A stretch of 64,000 nt of DNA from Candidatus Multivoradales bacterium (GTDB lineage Bacteria; Acidobacteriota; Thermoanaerobaculia; Multivoradales; JAHEKO01). The stretch lies in contig CBDCVR010000015.1 of assembly GCA_965223155.1 (NCBI GenBank), positions 960,001 through 1,024,000 on the forward strand, given 5' to 3'. Under the pieces are notes generated by a model. The model ran no database searches, was not told where the DNA came from, and saw nothing but the letters and a program-made list of their open reading frames with translations. Of the stretch, positions 1 through 8,907 are shown piece by piece; positions within the stretch are counted from its first letter, which is position 1; the number at the start of each line of letters is the position of its first letter. A program made the position numbers and the translations under genes.

Positions 1-2302
1 CAACCTCGAATCCCTCTGGGACGCCAACCACTCCTCGGCCTCCGATCCCCCGACCCAGAGCTACACCTACGACCGCCTGGACCGGTTGACCGCCATCGAC
101 CAGCCCTGGGCAACTGGGCAACCAGGAGAGATGGCAACCACCACCTACGCCTACGACGTCCAGGACCACCTCGTTGCCGTCACCGACGCCGAGGGCAACA
201 CCACCGCCTACGTCTACTCCGACCGGGATCTTCTGACCCGCCAGGACTCCCCCGTCTCCGGGGCCTCGACCTTTGCCTACAACGACCACGGCGAGCTCGT
301 CTCCGAAACCGACGGCCGCGGGGTCACCACCACCCGAACCGTCGATGCCCTAGACCGGGTGACCTTCGTCGATTCCGAAGAGAACGCCCTCGATACCGCC
401 TACACGTACGACGACCCCTCGGTGCCCTTCTCGGCGGGCAGGCTCACGGCCATCACCCGCGCTGGACAATCGATTGACTACGCCTACGACCGCTTCGGAC
501 GCACCATCCAGGACGGCACCCTCGCCTACGCCTACGACACGAACGGCAACCGCACCGACGTCACCTACCCAGGCGGCGTCGCCGCCACGACCACCCACGA
601 CTACGCCGACCGGGAGGAGACCCTGGCCGTCACGGATGGCGCAACCTCGACCAACCTCGTCACCGCCGCCGCCTATCTCCCCTCGGGCCCCCTCACCTCC
701 CTCGCCCTCGGCAACGGCTTGGCCGAGACCCGATCCTTCGATGCCCGGTACTTCCCGGCCGGCATCGCCGTCCCCGGACGACTCGACTGGACCTACTCGA
801 CCGACACGATCGGCAACATCCTAGAGATCGCTGACACCGGAGGCGGCGGCGGCCGCACCTACACCTACCAGGACATCCACTACTTCCTCACCTCGGGCAC
901 CGGCCCCTGGGGCAGCCTGGCCTTCACCTACGACAAGATCGGCAACCGGTTGTCTGAGACCCGGGACGCCGGCGGCTCTCCCCAGAACCGGCCCTACGCC
1001 TACCCGGCTTCGCCTTCCGGAGGCAACCTCCCCAAGCTCGCTTCGATCACGGACCCCGCGGGAGACCGTCTCGAGCGCTTCTTCTTCGACGACGCCGGCA
1101 ACCAGACCTACCGCTCGACTCAGACCGCCAAGCACCGGCTGAGCTACGATGCTCTGGGACGGATGAGCCAGATCAAGACCGACTCGGACGAGACCGCCGG
1201 GGCCCTCGTCACCCTCGCCTACGACGGCAGGAGTTTCTTGAGGGAGGCCACTCGAAGCCCCTTCCCCGGCCAGCCCGCCACCGTCACCACTAACCCCACC
1301 TACAGCTCCGACGGGCGCCTGATGCACAAGGCGACGAGCGAGGTGCTGGGACCGGACGACCCGAGAGGCGAGGGGAGTGCCACCAGCGACGCCTACGTCC
1401 TCTACTTCGCCGGCAGGCCGGCCGGCATCCTCGACAATGAGACCGTAATTCCACTCGGTGGACCGCCGACCAGCACCTCGACCCTCACCTACTTGACCAC
1501 CGACCACCTCGGCACCCCCGTCCTCGCCACCGACGCCAGTGGAGCCAGTACCTGGAGTGGAGGCTTTGAGCCCTTCGGGGACGACTGGCAGGCGCAGGCC
1601 GGTACCGGGGCGAGTGAGGCGGGGGTCTTTCTGAGGTTTCCCGGGCAATGGGACGATGCGGCCTGGGGCGGGGCGGGAGCGGGGGCGGGGGCCGCTAGTG
1701 CCTCAGACCCGGGCCTCTACTACAACGTCCACAGGTGGTACGAGCCGGGGACGGGGAGGTATGGGAGGGTCGATCCGCTGGGGTTGGTTGCTGATATCCA
1801 TCTCTATCGCTACGCGAAGCAGGACCCCTTGACTTGGATCGATCCTCTCGGGTTGCAGCTTGTGAAACCTCCTGACATTCCCTACTTTGAGCCACCTGGT
1901 GACAACCTACCCCCCAACTGTTCGGCTGGACCCTGGGTCTTCGATGACTTCGGCGTTCGGAGTGAACCCCAAGAAATGCAATGGGTGCTCCGGCGCGCTC
2001 AGCGAAAATGGGTGCGGATCCCACCTGCTTTTGGCATAGCACTACCAATCCCGACCGGCAGTTGTGACTGCTTCTATGTTCCGAGAGGCCTCATTCAGCC
2101 CCATCAGCGAGTAGAGCGGTGGAAGCGTCGTCTGGAATGCGACGGCTGCCCCGCCGGAGAAGAAACGCGGCTACGGGATGCAGCAGAACCGGAAAGTCAG
2201 TGGGAAGACAGAGTTCCTGTCCTACCTGCGAATGGTGTTCGGAAGACGACTGCTCCGGGCTGTCTTTGCCAACCAATTCTGACTGAAGCCCCGCCGTCAT
2301 GA
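1..2302 (+). CDS. Rhs/YD-repeat protein copy A (5' end outside window) with variable tip CT1
   Basis: YD repeats; core motifs DHLGTP, LRFPGQW, LYYNVHRWYEPGTGRYGRVDPLG and DPLGL. GC drops after ~1790. The frame continues past the window start. Confidence 0.9.
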   Translation, partial: NLESLWDANHSSASDPPTQSYTYDRLDRLTAIDQPWATGQPGEMATTTYAYDVQDHLVAVTDAEGNTTAYVYSDRDLLTRQDSPVSGASTFAYNDHGELVSETDGRGVTTTRTVDALDRVTFVDSEENALDTAYTYDDPSVPFSAGRLTAITRAGQSIDYAYDRFGRTIQDGTLAYAYDTNGNRTDVTYPGGVAATTTHDYADREETLAVTDGATSTNLVTAAAYLPSGPLTSLALGNGLAETRSFDARYFPAGIAVPGRLDWTYSTDTIGNILEIADTGGGGGRTYTYQDIHYFLTSGTGPWGSLAFTYDKIGNRLSETRDAGGSPQNRPYAYPASPSGGNLPKLASITDPAGDRLERFFFDDAGNQTYRSTQTAKHRLSYDALGRMSQIKTDSDETAGALVTLAYDGRSFLREATRSPFPGQPATVTTNPTYSSDGRLMHKATSEVLGPDDPRGEGSATSDAYVLYFAGRPAGILDNETVIPLGGPPTSTSTLTYLTTDHLGTPVLATDASGASTWSGGFEPFGDDWQAQAGTGASEAGVFLRFPGQWDDAAWGGAGAGAGAASASDPGLYYNVHRWYEPGTGRYGRVDPLGLVADIHLYRYAKQDPLTWIDPLGLQLVKPPDIPYFEPPGDNLPPNCSAGPWVFDDFGVRSEPQEMQWVLRRAQRKWVRIPPAFGIALPIPTGSCDCFYVPRGLIQPHQRVERWKRRLECDGCPAGEETRLRDAAEPESQWEDRVPVLPANGVRKTTAPGCLCQPILTEAPPS

Positions 2303-3078
2303 AGCGAATCTGTCTCAGCATAGCTCTTCTCGCTACCTTGTTGACCTGGGGTTGTGAGCGCCCAGGGCCATCGCAAGCAACCTCCGCGCCCTCCTACAAG
2401 CTCGGCGACAAGGCCCCTCTCGAACTGAGTTCCTTCCCGTCCGGCGTCTGGCCTCGTGCAGCAAGTCTCTTTGAGAGCTTTTGGAATGGAGATCGCGCAG
2501 CGGGGAGGTCGCTCACCCAACTTTACGAGGAGAAGGGATTCGTCACGTCCGCCGCGGTCATCGCGTTTGCGCTCGACCAAGAGCTTCCCGGTCAACTAAG
2601 TCCTCGTTTCATGTGGTCTGAGAAGTCCTTCACCCCTGAAGTCGAGTCGATCCAGCGCCAGGGGGCTCGGAGAATCTCAAGAGCTGTGTGGAATTCTGAG
2701 TTCGATGATGCCGTTGCTCTCGGCGAAGAGCTACTGAGACCCGGGGAGACCATTCTCCAGATTCCTGTCGAGTGGGCAACTGCAGCCTTTGCTCAGGCAG
2801 CCGCAACCCACGGCCTGAACTCGGTCAACTTCTCTCGGCTGGAAGCAGCCTTCCGAACGTACACTACTCTGGTGGGTGAAACGGCTACGATACCGATCAG
2901 TCTTCGAGGGAATAAAGACATCTGGGCTTGGATTTCCTTGTCCACTGCGTTGGCAGATCTCTCTCAGCCCAAGATGGCTGCTGCCGTTCTTGCCGTTGGC
3001 GTGTCGTTGAACGAAGATTCTGATCGCTCTCTCAAGAAGAGGGTGCAGAAACGAATTCGGCAACTCCTAGAGACTTGA
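2299..3078 (+). CDS. Putative lipoprotein immunity protein for CT1
   Basis: ATGA overlap with the Rhs stop; signal peptide with lipobox-like LTWGC; lower GC; paralog of 15995-16849. Confidence 0.65.
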   Translation: MKRICLSIALLATLLTWGCERPGPSQATSAPSYKLGDKAPLELSSFPSGVWPRAASLFESFWNGDRAAGRSLTQLYEEKGFVTSAAVIAFALDQELPGQLSPRFMWSEKSFTPEVESIQRQGARRISRAVWNSEFDDAVALGEELLRPGETILQIPVEWATAAFAQAAATHGLNSVNFSRLEAAFRTYTTLVGETATIPISLRGNKDIWAWISLSTALADLSQPKMAAAVLAVGVSLNEDSDRSLKKRVQKRIRQLLET

Positions 3079-3130
3079 CGACGAGCGATCGTCGAGGTCT
3101 GCTCGCAAAGCCTTGTGCACCCCAAGGAGC

Positions 3131-3430
3131 GGAACCCCCCAGGAGGCCATCACCGAGTACCGCTACGACTGCAACGGCAACCTCGAGTCCCTCTGGGACG
3201 CCAACCACGACTCCGCCTCCGACCCCCCGACCCAGAGCTACACCTACGATCGGCTCGACCGCCTGACCGCCATCGCCCAGCCCTGGGCAACTGGGCAACC
3301 AGGAGAGATGGCCACCACCACCTACGCTTTATGGAACACGTTCCAGGACTGCAATCAGAAATGTGGCAAGCTATGCGGCCCGGATGAGCCTTGCTCAGAT
3401 CAATTTCAGTCAGTAGCTGCAGGCAACTGA
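3131..3430 (+). pseudogene. Rhs core fragment fused to the Cys-rich tail of a lost toxin tip
   Basis: GTPQEAITEYRYDCNGNLESLW...TTTYA matches the Rhs core, then jumps to LWNTFQDCNQKCGKLCGPDEPC...stop. No credible start. Confidence 0.7.
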
Positions 3431-3433
3431 CAA

Positions 3434-3697
3434 ATGCGTGCTCGACCTGCTTCTTGGCTGTCTCCACGAAGTGCTGTTGTTGTGCTTGTCCTTGTATTCC
3501 TCGCCGGCTGTTGGTGGCGTATGGGACTGCTAGAGAAGGCTCTCGTCCTTCGCGATGTGGTCGGCATTGAAGTGGAGAAGCTGGACACAGCGCTGGATCG
3601 CGTGTGGTTTGTGGTTGGCTCGCCTTTGGCGTTCCTGGCTATTGGCCTGGCACTCTTGGGACTAGCGCACATCCTGCTTCGTGTTCTGTCTAGATAA
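3434..3697 (+). CDS. Small two-TM membrane protein, putative orphan immunity gene
   Basis: 87 aa with two hydrophobic stretches; starts 3 nt after the tip remnant; identical copy at 17238-17501. Confidence 0.55.
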   Translation: MRARPASWLSPRSAVVVLVLVFLAGCWWRMGLLEKALVLRDVVGIEVEKLDTALDRVWFVVGSPLAFLAIGLALLGLAHILLRVLSR

Positions 3698-3728
3698 GCG
3701 TCGCTGCTCGTGGAGTGATGCTCTTTAG

Positions 3729-6700
3729 GTGAGGCCCGACATGCTGAGATGTCTAGGCCTTCGAGTTGCATCGATCTCGAAAAGGCTGCTCAACCATCGA
3801 CCGACCATCCCATCCGCCACCTCAATCGTCGAATTGCGTTTCCGCGAACGCGCCGGCCGGCGCCGCCAGGCGGCCCGGCTGTTGCTCCTCGCGGCGAGCG
3901 GGATCGCCTTCCTCTGGGCCACCCCGGCGGCGGCCCAGAACAACTGCTTCGGGGACGTCACCTGGGGCGGCGACGTCGACTCGACGATCGCAAAGCCCGA
4001 GAACTGCACCGCGGACACCCGCTGCTATCCACCCGAGCTTGCCGGCTCGGGAGTTTCGTTCGCTCCGGGCTGCGACCCATCGGCCGGGCCCTGCGACGTC
4101 ACCGTCACGGCCCAGCTCCGCTTCCCCGGCAACCGGGACAACGAAGACTTCGTCGATGCCTCGGGCCTCGCCTACAGCTTCGCGACCTTTGCCGTCTTCG
4201 ACAACACCGGCTCCGGCGTCGGCGGCTGCGGTGTTGCCGGCGCGGTCATCCAATGGGACACCGGCACCGCGACCATCCGCGGCCAGGCCAAGAAGGGCGA
4301 CATCTTCACCATCGTCGCCCGCGCCTGCCCGTGCTCGCCCGAAGGCCTCTGCCCCCTGTGCGAGAAGACCGAGTCCTTCGTCATCCCGATCGGCAGCCCG
4401 CCGCCCCAGGACGACTGCGACGACTGCAAGGCCTGCCCGCTGCCGGGCGCTTCGGCCGGCGGCGGCGGGCCCAAAGGGACCACCGAAACCAACTCCGGCC
4501 CCGAGACGCTCGTCTACTACACCGCCGGCGGCACGGGCGCGCCCGGCACCCCCGGCGCCGACGAGCACGCGGCCACTCTCGGCCACGGCTTTGCCCACAA
4601 CTTCTCCGAGCGGCTCGTCGCCGTCCCCGACGACCCGTACGACAGCGACCGCATCTGGATGCTGACCCGCAAGGGCACCTTCCGCCAGTTCTGGAACCTC
4701 CAGGGCGGCGAGTACCTGGGCACCGCGCCCTCGGACGAGTACCGCACGCTCTTTGCCACGGCCGCGGGCTACGAGCTTCGCGGCCTCGACGGCACGGTCC
4801 AGAGCTTCGATGCCGCCGGCGTCTGGACCGGCACGGCCGACGCCTCGGGCAACGCCACGACCCCTGCCTACGACGCCTCCGGTCTTCTCACCGCAGTCGC
4901 TCTCCCCGACGGCAGACAAGAGACCTTCACCTATCATCCGGCCGGCTCCGGCCAGGACGGCAAGCTCGCCACGATCACCGAGGTCGGCATCGACGGCACC
5001 TCGACCTTGACCTGGACCTACACCTGGTCCGGAGACACCCTCGTCCGGATCGACGCCCCGGACGGCACCGCTCTCGCCTACGGCTACGACGACCCGCGCC
5101 ACCCGGGCTTTCGAACTCTGACCGAACGGATCGGCACCGACGCGAGCCGCCGCGTCGAGCGCGGCTACGCCTACGACGACGAGGGCAACGTCGTCCAGAC
5201 CTGGAGAGGCGATACCGTCCCCGCCGTTGCCGGAGTGAGCGCTTCGCTGCCCGGATCGAACGCCGTCGATCACGAGACCTTCGCCTTCGACGACCCGGTC
5301 AACCCGACCGTCACCACCAGGACCGACGCTCTCGGCAAGATCGCGACCTACGCCATCGGCCGCGACCCTTCGAGCGGCAAGGCCCGCGTGACCTCGATTG
5401 CGGGCGACTGCCCGGCCTGCGGCCTCGGTCCCAACAGCCAGCTCCTCTACGACGACCCGGACCATCCGCTGCTTCCCACTCGCTCGATCGACGGCCGCGG
5501 CACGGTCACCGCCATGACCTACGACGGCAACGGCAGGATGACCTCGCGCACGGAGGCCCTCGGCACCCCCGAGGAGCGCACCACGACCTGGAGCTACGAC
5601 GATCCCGCCTTCCCGGCCGTCGCGACCACCATCGAGGAGCCCTCCACAACTGCTGGAGCCAGCCGCACCACCACCCTCGTTCTCGGCGCCGACGGCCACC
5701 CCACCACCCGCACCGTCTCAGGGGTCGAGGCCGCTAGCGCCTTCTCGCTGACCACCACCACCACCTACACCCCCGAGGGCCAGGTCGCAACGATCGATCC
5801 CCCCGGCTTCGGCTCCGACGACGTCACCGGCTTGACCTACGACCCCGCCCGCGGAGGCCAGATCCCGCTTTCCCGCACCGACCCGATCGTCGGAAGCCTT
5901 CCCAACGGCGGCGCCACCACCTTCGGCTATGACCCCTTCAACCGCAGAACCTCGGTCACCGACCCCAACGGGCTCGAGACCGTCACCGCCTACGATGCCG
6001 CCGACCGCGTGACCTCCGTCACCCAGAAGGGCGCGACCGCCGCCGAGGATCTCGTCACCGTCCATCAGTACACCCCCTTCGGCGACTTGGAGCGCACCAT
6101 CCTCCCCGAAGGCAACGCCATCGAGTACGCCTACGACTCCGCCGGACGCCTGACCTCGATCGGGCGCGGCCCCGCCCCCGGGGCCCTCCTCGAAAGGACC
6201 CTCTACGAGCTCGACGCCGCCGGCAACCGCACCCGCGAGACGCTCCAGGGCTTCGACGGCTCGGCCTGGACCACCGCCTCCGAGACCGCCTACCTCTACG
6301 ACTCCCGATGCCAGCTCGACAAGATCGTCCGCGCCCCCGGAACCCCCCAAGAAGCCGTCACCGAGTACCGCTACGACTGCAACGGCAACCTCGAATCCCT
6401 CTGGGACGCCAACCACTCCTCGGCCTCCGATCCCCCGACCCAGAGCTACACCTACGACCGCCTGGACCGGTTGACCGCCATCGACCAGCCCTGGGCAACT
6501 GGGCAACCAGGAGAGATGGCAACCACCACCTACGCCTACGACGTCCAGGACCACCTCGTTGCCGTCACCGACGCCGAGGGCAACACCACCGCCTACGTCT
6601 ACTCCGACCGGGATCTTCTGACCCGCCAGGACTCCCCCGTCTCCGGGGCCTCGACCTTTGCCTACAACGACCACGGCGAGCTCGTCTCCGAAACCGACGG

Positions 6701-8636
6701 CCGCGGGGTCACCACCACCCGAACCGTCGATGCCCTAGACCGGGTGACCTTCGTCGATTCCGAAGAGAACGCCCTCGATACCGCCTACACGTACGACGAC
6801 CCCGCCGTTGCCTTCTCGGCGGGCAGGCTCACGGCCATCACCCGAGACACCCAGTCGATTGACTACGCCTACGACCGCTTCGGACGCACCATCCAGGACG
6901 GCACCCTCGCCTACGCCTACGACACGAACGGCAACCGCACCGACGTCACCTACCCAGGCGGCGTCGCCGCCACGACCACCCACGACTACGCCGACCGGGA
7001 GGAGACCCTGGCCGTCACGGATGGCGCAACCTCGACCAACCTCGTCACCGCCGCCGCCTATCTCCCCTCGGGCCCCCTCACCTCCCTCGCCCTCGGCAAC
7101 GGCTTGGCCGAGACCCGATCCTTCGACTCGAGGTACTTCCCGTCATCCATCACCGTCCCCGGACGCCTCGACTGGACCTACTCGACCGACACGATCGGCA
7201 ACATCCTAGAGATCGCAGACTCAGGAGGAGGAGGCGACCGAACCTACACCTACCAGGACGTCCACTACTTCTTGACTTCAGGCACCGGCCCCTGGGGCGC
7301 TCTCGCCTTCACCTACGACAAGATCGGCAACCGGTTGTCTGAGACCCGGGACGCCGGCGGCTCTCCCCAGAACCGGCCCTACGCCTACCCGGCTTCGCCT
7401 TCCGGAGGCAACCTCCCCAAGCTCGCTTCGATCACGGACCCCGCGGGAGACCGTCTCGAGCGCTTCTTCTTCGACGACGCCGGCAACCAGACCTACCGCT
7501 CGACTCAGACCGCCAAGCACCGGCTGAGCTACGATGCTCTGGGACGGATGAGCCAGATCAAGACCGACTCGGACGAGACCGCCGGGGCCCTCGTCACCCT
7601 CGCCTACGACGGCAGGAGTTTCTTGAGGGAGGCCACTCGAAGCCCCTTCCCCGGCCAGCCCGCCACCGTCACCACCAGCCCCACCTACAGCTCCGACGGG
7701 CGCCTCATGCACAAGGCGACGAGCGAGGTGCTGGGACCGGAAAATCCCCGAGGCGAGGGGAGTGCCACGGCCGACGCCTACGTCCTCTACTTCGCCGGCA
7801 GGCCGGCCGGCATCCTCGAAAACGAGACCGTGACCCCGCTCGGTGGAACGCCCGCGAGCACCTCCACCCTCACCTATCTCACCACCGACCACCTCGGCAC
7901 CCCGGTCCTTGCCACCGACGACTCCGGCACCACCACCTGGGCCGGAGGCTTCGCACCCTTCGGGGACGACTGGCAGGCGCAGGCCGGTACCGGGGCGAGT
8001 GAGGCGGGAGTCTTCCTGCGCTTCCCGGGCCAGTGGGACGACCCGGCCTGGAGTGTCGAATCAACGGGAGGAACCGCAGACCTCTACTACAACGTCCACC
8101 GCTGGTACGAGCCGGGGACGGGCAGGTACGGGAGGGTGGATCCGGCGGGACAAGATTCATACGCACGGTACAAGTTCTCCGGGCTTCCACCCAACCTTAC
8201 ATATGCGTATGCTGACCTGAACCCACTTCAGCATCTGGATCGTCTGGGCCTGAAGGTGGAGAAATGCGGCCGGCCAGCTGACCTTCCAGTAATTGGCGTT
8301 CTTGGTCTGAAGCACAACTGGTTGAAGACTGATACCCGTCAGGGCGGCATGGGACGAGCAGGGGGCGAGATCCCTGGACACGGACGTTGCGATTGTCCAT
8401 ATGCTCAGACCGAAGTCGTCGATCACAGCAACGAAACAGGCCCGGAGGTCACTTGCTTCGAGATTAGAGACATCGACGAAGATTGCGTAAACCAAGCCAT
8501 CGGAGCGGGGCAAAAGACTGGGCCTTGGATACCGGGCGCCAACGATTGCTGGACATTCGTCGACCAGGTAATCAACAAATGTCGCACCGACAACTTCAAT
8601 CGTGGCCGGCCCGGCTGGCGCGAAAGCCCACTCTAA
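3729..8636 (+). CDS. Full-length Rhs protein copy B: signal peptide, Cys-rich N-domain, YD core, tip CT2 (permuted papain-like candidate)
   Basis: RRRQAARLLLLAASGIAFLWATPAAA/Q signal-like segment; LGHGFAHNF (DUF6531-like); YD repeats; RYGRVDP...DRLGL. True start may be downstream of 3729. Confidence 0.9.
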   Translation: MRPDMLRCLGLRVASISKRLLNHRPTIPSATSIVELRFRERAGRRRQAARLLLLAASGIAFLWATPAAAQNNCFGDVTWGGDVDSTIAKPENCTADTRCYPPELAGSGVSFAPGCDPSAGPCDVTVTAQLRFPGNRDNEDFVDASGLAYSFATFAVFDNTGSGVGGCGVAGAVIQWDTGTATIRGQAKKGDIFTIVARACPCSPEGLCPLCEKTESFVIPIGSPPPQDDCDDCKACPLPGASAGGGGPKGTTETNSGPETLVYYTAGGTGAPGTPGADEHAATLGHGFAHNFSERLVAVPDDPYDSDRIWMLTRKGTFRQFWNLQGGEYLGTAPSDEYRTLFATAAGYELRGLDGTVQSFDAAGVWTGTADASGNATTPAYDASGLLTAVALPDGRQETFTYHPAGSGQDGKLATITEVGIDGTSTLTWTYTWSGDTLVRIDAPDGTALAYGYDDPRHPGFRTLTERIGTDASRRVERGYAYDDEGNVVQTWRGDTVPAVAGVSASLPGSNAVDHETFAFDDPVNPTVTTRTDALGKIATYAIGRDPSSGKARVTSIAGDCPACGLGPNSQLLYDDPDHPLLPTRSIDGRGTVTAMTYDGNGRMTSRTEALGTPEERTTTWSYDDPAFPAVATTIEEPSTTAGASRTTTLVLGADGHPTTRTVSGVEAASAFSLTTTTTYTPEGQVATIDPPGFGSDDVTGLTYDPARGGQIPLSRTDPIVGSLPNGGATTFGYDPFNRRTSVTDPNGLETVTAYDAADRVTSVTQKGATAAEDLVTVHQYTPFGDLERTILPEGNAIEYAYDSAGRLTSIGRGPAPGALLERTLYELDAAGNRTRETLQGFDGSAWTTASETAYLYDSRCQLDKIVRAPGTPQEAVTEYRYDCNGNLESLWDANHSSASDPPTQSYTYDRLDRLTAIDQPWATGQPGEMATTTYAYDVQDHLVAVTDAEGNTTAYVYSDRDLLTRQDSPVSGASTFAYNDHGELVSETDGRGVTTTRTVDALDRVTFVDSEENALDTAYTYDDPAVAFSAGRLTAITRDTQSIDYAYDRFGRTIQDGTLAYAYDTNGNRTDVTYPGGVAATTTHDYADREETLAVTDGATSTNLVTAAAYLPSGPLTSLALGNGLAETRSFDSRYFPSSITVPGRLDWTYSTDTIGNILEIADSGGGGDRTYTYQDVHYFLTSGTGPWGALAFTYDKIGNRLSETRDAGGSPQNRPYAYPASPSGGNLPKLASITDPAGDRLERFFFDDAGNQTYRSTQTAKHRLSYDALGRMSQIKTDSDETAGALVTLAYDGRSFLREATRSPFPGQPATVTTSPTYSSDGRLMHKATSEVLGPENPRGEGSATADAYVLYFAGRPAGILENETVTPLGGTPASTSTLTYLTTDHLGTPVLATDDSGTTTWAGGFAPFGDDWQAQAGTGASEAGVFLRFPGQWDDPAWSVESTGGTADLYYNVHRWYEPGTGRYGRVDPAGQDSYARYKFSGLPPNLTYAYADLNPLQHLDRLGLKVEKCGRPADLPVIGVLGLKHNWLKTDTRQGGMGRAGGEIPGHGRCDCPYAQTEVVDHSNETGPEVTCFEIRDIDEDCVNQAIGAGQKTGPWIPGANDCWTFVDQVINKCRTDNFNRGRPGWRESPL

Positions 8637-8661
8637 GCGGGCAGCCAGATCGAACGCGGTA

Positions 8662-8895
8662 GTGACTGGGCGAATTGCACTCTGGATCCTCGGGCTTGTG
8701 GGAACGTCGGGCTTTTTTTATAGCCTCTCCGGGGCGCTGCAGGCCGCATGGCTCAGTGCCACACCTGGCTATCCGATCGAAAGAGCTCGGTACAACTTCG
8801 CCGCGTGGAGTCTGGCTTGCTTGGTGTTTCTGGGCCTCATCCTATTCGTCGTCTTTCGCCTCTACAGGACTCGGAACCGAGAAAACAACACATAG
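8662..8895 (+). CDS. Small two-TM membrane protein, putative immunity for CT2
   Basis: Directly after the copy B stop; two hydrophobic helices; GTG start inferred within ORF 8602-8895. Confidence 0.55.
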   Translation: MTGRIALWILGLVGTSGFFYSLSGALQAAWLSATPGYPIERARYNFAAWSLACLVFLGLILFVVFRLYRTRNRENNT

Positions 8896-8907
8896 TCTCG
8901 CCATCGA

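Noticed and set aside
8675-8907. N-terminal extension of the 519-aa ORF
   Set aside because: It overlaps the immunity candidate in another frame; Rhs homology begins only at ~8908.
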